In this document: positions 13,828-24,900 of the stretch, piece after piece | Numbering within the stretch: position 1 is the stretch's first letter | Layout of the letters: each line of letters begins with the position of its first letter | Assembly: GCF_001194135.2 (NCBI RefSeq) | Contig: NC_068982.1 | Coordinates: 161,445,701-161,496,178 of the forward strand | Length of the DNA: 50,478 nt | Origin: Octopus bimaculoides | Taxonomy: Eukaryota | Reading direction: 5' to 3' | The notes under the pieces: model-generated | Seen by the model: only the letters and a program-made list of their open reading frames with translations | Told to the model about the DNA's origin: nothing | Databases searched by the model: none | Made by a program: the position numbers and the translations under genes

Positions 13828-14579
13828 AAAGCTTAAAGAATAAAATAGAACACCAGAACTTGGAAAGCATGAAACTTTGTTTTAGTTCATTTTTTTTTTT
13901 ACTGTAGTGAAGTTTGCCTTTTATTCTGCTAGTGTTGACAAAATTAGTATCAGCTACGTAATAGAGTTGACTGTATCATCTCCTCATTAAAGAGTATGTT
14001 TGTATTAGATATGATGATTTAAATGGAAAGTTATGTGCTGATGTTGAACTTTTTAATTATTTCACTTATCAGTTGAATGTAAGACATTTTACAGAATAAA
14101 GTGAATTATGCAATATTTGTAGAAGAGTGATGGTGTTTATATAGGTGACTGAGAAATGCAACATATATGATTTAGATATATGGTATAGAAATGTGATGGT
14201 GCCATGTAAATTACATCGAAATCAGATAATGTCAGGGAGGTTGCTGAGTAAAATTGATCACTGCATGATGCATTTTGTGGTTGTAAATAATAATCTGTGT
14301 AGTATAATGTCAAAGCATAGGATCAGAACAAATGATGAGACCTTCATATATAGGCAGATGTGTTGAAGCATACAAAAATTATGGTGAGGATGGTGTAGCT
14401 ATACAGATATGATGTGCTTTGTTATTGTTAGGAAGTTTCCTTTAAAGTTTATGTAGGTGATGGTATAGTGTAGAAATGGCTTCGTCAACATCATTTATAA
14501 TTAAAATAAATTTCTTTCTAATAACTGCATGTTGTTATTAAAAATATTTATTTTCTTATTTCCAGCTTTATATTGCACC

Positions 14580-14911
14580 ATGCCAGCCATCAAACTCAAG
14601 AGAGTGACAGCAGAATACCTTGCTGAAAAGACTGCACAACAATCTAAAGCAGCTGCTGCAGCAAGCACAGCAGCATCCACTGCAACACCATCTGCAGCAG
14701 ATGAAGATGCTTCAAACCGATCTGAATCCAGTACAGCAGCAGCTACTCCCACTAAAACAGACACAAAGAATAAAGCCAAGCAGCCTACTACCACTGAGAC
14801 AGCGAAATCAGGTGGAGCTGGGTCAAAGATTCTTTCCAAATTAGATGATACAGTTTTGACAGAAAAACGTAAAAGAAATGTTCCTGCTGCTGAGCTCAAG
14901 TTGATGGAATG
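14580..14911 (+). CDS. HP1BP3: Coding exon 1 (exon starts 14566 after TTTCCAG): Ala/Thr/Ser-rich disordered N-terminus, KRKR basic motif, start of winged helix
   Basis: Acceptor AG 14564-14565; strong Kozak GCACC-ATG; MPAIKLKRV...ELKLME(W); donor TG|GTTTGT, phase 2. Confidence 0.85.
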
Positions 14912-15962
14912 GTTTGTCTTTTAATATTTCTTAATTTGAGAATGTTTGGTGGTAGAATTTAATAGAATGCTGGCCAGAGAGATTTCTTATATTTTGCTAC
15001 ATTCTTTTTCTTTCTGATGATATTAACATTTCGTTTTTATTCATTTGAGTTCATCAAAATATACCAATAGCAGATTCAATGTTGTTGTTGTTGGCACTCC
15101 GTCGCTTACAACGTCGAGGGTTCCAGTTGATCCAATCAACGGAACAGCCTGTTCGTGAAATTAGCGTGCAAGTGGCTGAGCACTCCACAGACACGTGTAC
15201 CTTTAACGCAGTTCTTGGGGATATTCAGCGTGACACAGTGTGACAAAGCTGGCCCCTTTGAATTACAGGTACAACGAAAACAGGAAGAAAGAGTGAGAGA
15301 AAGTTGTGGTGAAAGAGTACAGCAAGGTTCGCCACCATCCCCTGCCGGAGCCTCGAGGAGCTTTAGGTGTTTTCGCTCAATAAACACTCACAACGCCCGG
15401 TCTAGGAATCGAAACCGCGATCCTATGACTGCGAGTCTGCTGCCCTAACCACTGGGCCATTGCACCGCCACCAGATTCAATGTAATATACCACTAATACA
15501 TTTGTGGCCTCATACTAATGTAAGCAATGAAAATTTCCACATTTTCATTGTTAATTATACAACAAATTATTCTGTAACCAATCCTTATTTTAATATATAT
15601 TATTAGTAACATCTATTTTCCTCTACATTTAATTTGTTTAAGTTTTTGACATGCCTATAGTTCTCAAATTTTACTAAAACTTCTGAATTCTTTATTTTGT
15701 ATCTTTCTTATTTGATATCAAGCTATATATTTCACTGCAGTTATAGTTTTATGTTTTACACTAATTTTTCATTTTAGGCTTGATGATAACTTTGAAGAGC
15801 GAGACAGTACATCTATTTCAATGTTAATACTCTATGATTACTATGCCGAAACATGTCAGTTAGATGCATCCAAAGTTGTGGATATTCCTAACTTTAAAAA
15901 GGTAATAATTTGACTAATTTCTTAAATATCTAAATATATGTCTGAGGTGAGTTGGTAATAAG

Positions 15963-15994
<32 letters not shown>

Positions 15995-18900
15995 GCTACT
16001 GATCTCATTTTCATAGTAGAAACATTTAAAAAAATCTACACCATGTTTTGATCAGGTAACCTCCAATTGTCATCAGGTTCTTATTAGTGGAAGTATTCAT
16101 TGTTCCACCCATGCTAGCAAGGAAGGTGGATGTTATACTATGATGAAGTAGTAACTTTTACTTCTAAGTTAAGTCTAATGTCCTTTTTCTCTAGGTCACT
16201 AATGCATATATTTGTATAATATAAATGTATTGAAAAATCTTTCCTCTCTGAAGACGAGGTTTACTGTTTATCAATTTATGTTTACTGTAAAAAATGAGGT
16301 TTACTATTTACTAAGTTAGTTACTTGGAAGTGGATTCTGTTATACTTTATTATTGTCACCTATTTAACAATTCTACATTAGAGTATCTACACTGCCAATT
16401 TAATCCTAGATTTTCTTGATCTACATCAACAATTCATCTTATTAATTTTATTTAATTTCTCTTTATTTTTACACAATACTTTAATTCTTTATCAAATTTG
16501 GTGTATTGCTTTGACTAATATTTGAAGAATTATATGTACTTGACTACTTTGTAATACTTCAAGTAATGTTCTATATGTAACCCTTGACTATCCTTGAAAA
16601 CACAAGCTTTTTTTTATTTTGTATTAAGCCATGCATATTGACAGATTATACATAATCTAATGACTCTGTTCCTAAGAATTGAAAGATCATTGCGTAATAC
16701 AGTAAATATTACTGTTAGAAATCTTAGCTGAAATATGAAAGTCATTGATGGTTTATGATATATCAATATATGATTCATGTGAAGATATATTATATATCAC
16801 AGCTATAGAAGTTGGTGTCATCTGAACTTAACACACATGACAGATAAACCATTATTACTCTGTTTCTATACAATCAATACATTAGGTATCTTATACCATT
16901 ATGTATAAATTAGGTAAGTTTCATTACCTAATTTTAACATTTAAGAGTTTCTTACTATTTGGTTTAATGATCTATATATAGTTGTATGTTACTACTAGGT
17001 TAATAGTTTATATAAACATAAACTGGAGTATTTTTCTAGTTCAATGGCTTACATGTATGATAATGGTGTGTACTTGATTAACTTTGTATTTTACTTCTAG
17101 CATCACCAAATTAGATTATTTAAAACGCTTTGTTTATATTTGATAAGTATGATTTTTATATGGAATGTCTTACCTATATGATAAATTAATCAATGAATAA
17201 TTAATATTTCAAATGTCTAGATTGTGCGCCAGAAATTTGGAAAAGGTATTGGCATCAAAGAAACTTCGGCTTATAAAGGTTTGTTAAAAGAAAAGAAACC
17301 AAAGAAAAAACCAACAGTGCAAGCTGAATCATTGCGATTAAAAATGAAAGACATTATTGATGAAGCTCTGAAAGAGTCAGGAAATCCTGTATCCTTTTAT
17401 TTCTGTCTTTTCATTCATTCATATATTCCTGTTTTACAAAACTTTTTGTGAATCAAACTGAGCAAACATATTTCATTTAATGAAACAGTAGAATCCAAGG
17501 AAGTTAATGATGTTGTCAAATAGGAAATAAAAAGAAGTTTACAAAGTGGAATAAGTTAGTTTGCTGTGAAGAGGAAAAACTTGAAATTGTGATTAGTTAA
17601 CACTTTAATAGCTTAAGAACCTGCAAGCTGTATGTATTGGTTATTGCTGGGTGTTTTTACAGGAGTACTGTATGGCTGTTCTTTGTTACACGTTACACAT
17701 CTGTGGCAAGTGTAGTTAGTAATTTATAGCACTGAGACAGGTATATAGTTGACAAATCATAGTACTGAGACACATGATAGTTATTAAGTTATATTGTACA
17801 GTGATGCTTATACAACTACAACATGAAAAGTTATTAGATCATACTATGACATATGTATGCTTTATTAAGTTGTAGAAAGTTGACGCAGATATATGAAATT
17901 TTGTTTGCCATAAAAATGTCATAGAAACAAGAATAATTATTTCACTGAAGAGACTATTATTATAGCTACTTACTTAACTTTGATGATTGAGCAAGTGCTG
18001 TTAACTTCAGTATTATTGTAATATATATTTGGGCATGATTTGTGGGAGATGTGATTGCTATTTTTAGCAGATTGTGCAACTACACAAATATATTCCCTCA
18101 AAAAAGCCCAAAGCAGGAAGTGATGACTGCAGTTGACACTAAGTCAAGTGAAAGTTGTTGCAAGTGGTATCTAAAAGCATATTATAGATTTCTCTCACTG
18201 AGAGCTTATTGTTTAATCCTGCTGTGTCTGCTACCTAGTTGCTGTCTTCACCACAATAGTATTTTTGTAGTACCTGTTGACTGAGTCAAAACTGTGATGC
18301 AGCTGTGTTGCTTCAAATGAGCCCTTATCTTTTTCTGTATTTATAAGTAGATTGTCCATAGTTATAACAATAACTAGATTGTTCATTTTTCTCAAAGTTG
18401 GCTGTGATACAGTTTCAATACTTGTTTTTAAGCTTTCCCCTTTTTCATATTAATGACTCTTTGGAACCAACATGAACACCATCAATTTTTATCATTACTC
18501 AGTATTTTGTGTTTGGTTGACAAAAAAAAATAATACTGTAAATGGAGCTAACTTTCCCCAAGCTGGCACTGTTTCTGCTGTGGAGGGGTGGGGCATATGT
18601 TGCTTTGGTGGGAACATTGTAAAAGGAATTATATGAAGGATGAAGATTAAATAATGAATTAAGTTAAAAGGTTACCAATAATACCAAAGTAATATGAATC
18701 ATTGATTATATCAAACATGGTTGTTATACACTGTCAGTTTATTTGTGGTTTTACTTAACAAAGTGGTTCAGAAAAAAGGCGTTCGTTTTCATTGGTTGAA
18801 ACAGTATATTGGGGCAAAATATCCTGCCCTCCGGGTTGATTTAAAACCAGGCCTTCTAAAAGTTGCTCTTGAGCGAGGTGTTCGATTTGGTTCCGTTCAA

Positions 18901-21900
18901 TTGGTAAGTGATTTATTCTTTCCTACTTCTCATCCCTCAATTCTTGTTCTTCACTATACTCACCCCCACCCATTCATTTCTGATCTCTAACAATCTATTA
19001 CTCACCCTATTCTTGCAATTTCTACTTTGTTCTCCTGTTCCCACTACTTTTACTCACCTTGTACCTTGAGAGTCCACCCCAACACCTCATCACCATTATT
19101 TTTTATCTCTTTCCATCTCTATCCTAGGCACTCCCACTCTTTTCTTTTATGTGAGGAACTATGTAGTTCCTTTACAGCAAGAAACCTGTTCTTCTCTGAC
19201 TCCATCGCTTAGGCTTTACCCTTTTATCTCCTAGCATAAAGCTGCTTCCCTGTCTACTGTAGTCCCATTCAGTTGAAAGGGATCTTATTTTTGCAAGCTA
19301 CATGGCAATCTCTTTAGTGCTGGTACCATAAAAACCTCTCGTTATGTGCTTAAATGTGATTAGTATTAGCCAGGGGACCCTATTCTAAGTTCAAATCCTA
19401 ATAGACCTGATTTAACTTTCATGTTTCAGAGTTTATAAAATAATACTATAATATACTGGGAGTTAATTCAATTCTTTGAAGTTAGGTTCTTTTTATGTTG
19501 ATGAGTATGTATTTGATTATCAGATGCAAACTGAAAATACATATTAGTTGGAATTATTTGAAATAAGCAGATGAACTGGGAAGATAGCAAAGTGACCAAT
19601 GATATGTTGTGAAAGGTGACTGTTATTGTATGTATAGTAATAATTACAAAGTAAAGGAATAAGGAGTTGTTAAAAACAGTAAGGTACTAGACTTAATGTG
19701 TTGAAGTATTTTGTCTGGTTCTTAACATACAAATTCCATTCTGCCTTTCATTGATTTGATCAGGTCTTGTTTGCACTCCTCTCCTCTCAAAGTACCATGC
19801 AGTACAATGTGTCTGTGAAGATATACTGAAGTGCATTTCATTAGTAAATGGGAAGTGTCTATAGATTACTTAGAGTTTGCCAATAGAATGAGTGACCTCA
19901 GTTTAATCGAAGCTAGGGAGCCTCATGTAGATCAAATCCCACTGCCCATGCATGTCTATCTCTTTACTTGTGGGCACAGGCATGGGTTAGAAGTTCACTT
20001 CACGAGTATACTGTTTTGGGTTAAATCACATTGTACTGCATGGTACTTTGAGAAAGTGCCTTTTACCATAATCTTTGGGTCAACCAATGTTGTGTCAGAG
20101 ATAACTGGATGGTAGAATTAATCTTTAACCCAGTTTAACATCATTGCTTGTCCCTTGAGTATCTTGTAGAGTCCTTTCTGTTACGAGCATTCTGGCTAGC
20201 TGTCTGGACTAACAAATAACTTCCTCCTCTTACTAAGCCATTAAAGTAAAAACTTCTTGTTAAGTGTTGACAAGAATAGCCTGGGAAAAGTTCAGGAAAC
20301 TCCTACCTCTGCTGGCAACTAAGGGCCTTTCGCTTAGAGTGAAAGGTAGACTGTATGATGCATGTGTGTGAACTGCTATGCTACATGGCAGTGAAACATG
20401 TACCATGCCTGTTGAGGACATGCATAGGCTTGAAAGAAATTAAGCTAGTATGATCTGTTGGATGTGTAATGTCAGTGTGCATACACGACAAAGTGTAAGC
20501 GCACTGAGAGAAAAGTTGGACAAAGAAGCATCAAATGTGGTGTGCAAGAGAGGCGTCTGTGCTGGTATGGTCATGTTATGTTTGAAAGAAGACAGCTGTG
20601 TGAGGAAGTGCCACTCCCTAACTGTAGAAGGAACCTGTGGAAGAGGTAGACCCAGGAAGACATGAGATGAGGTGGTGAAGCATGACCTTCAAACATTGGG
20701 CCTCACAGAGGCAATGACGGGAGACCGGGACCTTTAGAGATATGCTGTGATTGAGAAAACCTGGCAACTAAAGTGAGACCGCAGCCACTCATGTCCGGCC
20801 CTGTTAAAAATACCCCTGATGCGTCAGGCAATATGATATGCTTGAGAAGACCTGTTGAGTCAAGTAAAACCAATATCGTAGCTGTGGCCAGTTTCCTCTG
20901 ACTGGCTCCCATGCCAGTGGTACATAAAAAGCACCATCCAAATGTGATCGATGCCAGGTCCACCTGACTGGCTCTTGTACTGGTGGGCATGTAAAAAGCA
21001 CCAACCATTCGTGGGCAATGCCAGTACCTACAGAATGGCTCTTATGCCGGTGGCGCATAAAAAGCACCATCTGAACGTGATCGATGCCAGGCCCACCTGA
21101 CTGACTCCCGTGCTGGTGGCACGTAAAAAGCACCCACTACATTCTCGGATTGGTTGGCGTTAGGAAGGGCATCCAGCTGTAGAAACATTGCCAGATCAGA
21201 TTGGAGCCTGGTGCAGCCACTGGCTCTCCAGACCTCAGTCAAACTGTCCAACCCATGCCAGCATGGAAAGTGGACGTCAGACGATGACGATGATGATGAT
21301 GATGATCTGGACTATTTATGGGTTTTGCCTACAGAATTAAATTAGTTGGAATTCTGTTTGTATGAGTTAATTTATTCAAGTGGTTTGTCTCAAATATGAG
21401 AGTGACCAGTATCTGAACTATTAAGATATCAGTTAAAGAGTTGGTGTTTCAAATACTAATAATAGCAAGACCACTCAGAGAGCGCAAATCTCCACCAAGG
21501 CAACACCAACGTCCTCTCAACAATTAGCCAGAGATGCTTTTTTAAAATGAGAATATCTGAAATAAACTAAACTGCTCTCACCAATGAGAATACTAAAAAT
21601 GAACCTGACCGCTCTCAAAAATTAAGTAAAAAAACAGGAAAAATAATCCAGAATCCTTCTCTGGTACTGGATCAATCCCAAAATCTAATCAGTTAGTGCC
21701 AGTCACGAGGCCTAACATCCCTGAAAGTTTCATCCGAATCCATCCAGCGGTTCTTGAGATATCTTGTCAACAGACAAACAAACAAACAAACACAACTGAA
21801 AACAATACCTCCACTTTCGCTAAGGCAGAGGTAATAATTCTAATTTTGAGGAGAGTGAACAGGTCAATTACATCGAAGCCTAATACATGACAAGTACTTT

Positions 21901-24900
21901 TTATCGACACTAATGAAGGCCTTAGTGGGATTTGAACTCAGAATGTGAAGAGTTGAAACAAATGCCATAAAGCATACTTTCAAATACTCTAATGATTCTG
22001 TGAGCTTGCTGGCTAATCAGTTTCAAGTTTTGGCATAAAGCCAGCAATTTTAGGGAAAGAAGTTAGTCAATTGCATAGGTCCCTTCTTTTCGACCCTGAA
22101 AAGATGAATGACAAAGAAGAAATGTGGCTAAGCATTTTGTTTGATGCACTAAGGATAATCTTCATCATTATTTAGCATCTGCTTTCCATGCTGGTATGGG
22201 TTAGACAGTTTGACTGAAACTTGTAAGCTGGAGAGCTACACCAAGTCCCTATCTGATTTGCATGGCTTCTACAGATAGATGCCCTTCCTAATGCCAACCA
22301 CTCCAAGAATGTAATGAGTGCTTTTTACATGCCACCAGCATGAGGTGCCAGTTACGTGGCACCAGCATCAGCTTGGTTTGACGAGTCTTCTCAAGCACAG
22401 CATATCACCAAAGGTCTCAGTCACTTATCACCTCTGTGAGGCCTAACATTCAAAGGGCGTTTTTTGTGTGCCTGTGACTATGGTTTCACTTGGCTTGACA
22501 AGTCTTCTCAAACATGGCATATCACCAAAGGTCTTGATCACTTGTCATTGCTTCCATGAGGCTCAATGTTTGAAGATCATGTTTTCCTGGATCTACTTCT
22601 TCCACAGGTTCCCTCCACAGTTTATAATAATAATAATAATAACAATAACAAAACTCCAGGCTAGACTGGATAATGAATGACAACCTCCACTGTTACCTTT
22701 ATGTGCCAGTGTATGACATTTAACACTGAATATCAATCTCCTGTATACATTTATATATGTTTATAATATGTAACTGATCTACACTGTTACCTGAGTATTT
22801 ATATAACTTCTGTACTGAATCCTTCATTTTCAGGTTCGAGGAATTGGTTATTGTGGCTTCTATCGTCTGCCCTTGCCAGATAGCTCCGAAGAAGCCAAAG
22901 TTGTCAAATCTAAGAAAAAAGAAAGTGGATCCGAAGATAAAAAAAGTGATGGTACTGCTGATGAAACTGCTAAATCTGAAGTAATTAAAACAGTTTCAAT
23001 TTTATTCATTTCTAATCTTTCAATTGATAGAATTAGCTGAGTGGATTAGCATCAGAGATTGTTGCATTGTCACTTTGGACAGGACAGTATACAGATAGAA
23101 AGTATGGGGAACAAGCTTCAGGTTGCCTGGGAATGTTGTTTGCAAATGACTGGTGTCTTATCCCAAGATTTATCCTCTTGTTCATTTGATGCTAATGAAT
23201 GTGAACTGAGGGCACAATCAGCAACTTGCTGTATTCCATCATGGTTAATTAGTGCAATCAATCCTTTAAGATTGTTAAAAAAAACCTTTTGTGTATAGAG
23301 ACATCCACATTTCCATCCAACTACAGTTATTGTTTAGCCCTAATACTGGTCAGTTCTAATTTAAAAAAAAAACTGATCTAAGGCATTCCAGCTATGACCA
23401 TATGATTTTTTTTAGGGCATAATGTATCAAGATTATATTACCTTCTTTTTTAAGATATTTTAGTTGCTATTTCTAGTAGATCGTGTAGCCATAGAAGTAC
23501 CCTCATTGGCTCTTTTGTTTTCCAGTAGATGAGAACAATTTAGTGGTAATAGTTTAGCAAATGTTGTGGTTGCTGAATAAACTGAATGTGTTGATATTGT
23601 TGTATCTTTTGTACAGTGATTACCATGTAAAAATATATGCTCTTTGTAAACAATTTTTAGTCCTAATTTCTCTAGGGAAAAACATGAATGTTACAGTTTA
23701 ATTCTGATCCCCTTTAAACTTGAATCCTTGTATTCATGTAAAAGTATCTATTTTCGCTCATGTAGCAGGTACCACAGAACAAATGTCTTTGCTTCACATA
23801 CTTTTTTAACAATGATTTGGATAGAGTTGTGACCATTTCATACATTCTCTCATAATTTCATTTCCCCCTCCCCTTCAAAACAAAAGCATTATAGGTCATC
23901 AAGGAAGTTTCTACATATGTTCTTGACCTGCTAGAAATAGCAGCTAAATCTCCTAAAAATCAAACTACCATATTCTAAAAAAATTACATTAGATAAATTA
24001 GCTTTACATCTACTAGTCTGATTAAAATACAGAAATGATCTCAGCTGAATGCCTTTACACGTTGCTCTGCTGAATAAAGACTGACCAAGGATTAAACAGC
24101 AACATCAGAAGAAAATAAAATACCTAAGTGCCTCTGAGAAATCTGTGAAAAATACTTGAACAGTGGTTGAATGACAGACATACTACAGTTGTCATCCAAG
24201 CTTATCCATTCATATCCCACTTCGGCTGTTACATTAACTCATTAGACAAAATATTCAACTCTGCTTCAGGATTAATGCATTTTCTTTCATTTAGCCTAGT
24301 CACTGGGAAATTTTGGGGGGAGTAATGTGAACACATTAGCACTTTTGGTATCTGTGAGACTATTGTCTCACACAACAGAATACAATTTGTGTGTTTCTTT
24401 GTTGCTTTTACTGAGCCACCCAACACAGTCCATGGTGTAAAGTACCTGAGACCATTTTATTTATTTTGTGTTGTCCAACATTTTTTAATAATCTTTTCAC
24501 TCCACCTCTTTTTTTCTTTTTTTGTTCTACTCCTTTTTTAAAATTATATAAGCCTCAGATTTAGTAATAGCAAATCCAAATTATTTTGAAATACAACTAA
24601 GAGGTGGACTTTGAACTGGCTGTTTCAATTTCCAAGTGTCTAAGCAATCAAACAGCAGTACTGAAAGCAGTGATTTCTAGAAAGAAAATGAAACAAAGGC
24701 CTTTAAAATATTTCTCTTCCAAAATTTTGAGAACAAACTGCATCCCATCAGTCATCATCATGATTAAAACCCATGGATTATTTACTTTGGTTCATTCCAG
24801 AACTAATTGCTGCACAAAATGTAAACAAAGGGAAGAAGATAAACTGCATGAAATTAATTATTTTTGTCATAAATGGCATTTAGTAAGTAAGCTATATAAT

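Noticed and set aside
14529-14579. In-frame upstream ATG giving a hydrophobic, signal-peptide-like MLLLKIFIFLFPALYCT
   Set aside because: Lies across the intron's pyrimidine tract and acceptor (AG 14564-14565); ATG 14580 has the strong Kozak context and the protein is nuclear-type.
14501-14899. 132-aa antisense ORF
   Set aside because: Shadow of the Ala/Thr-rich coding exon; no splice or homology support.
15390-15471. tRNA-like sequence with A and B boxes
   Set aside because: Head of a SINE bounded by a TSD; not a functional tRNA gene.
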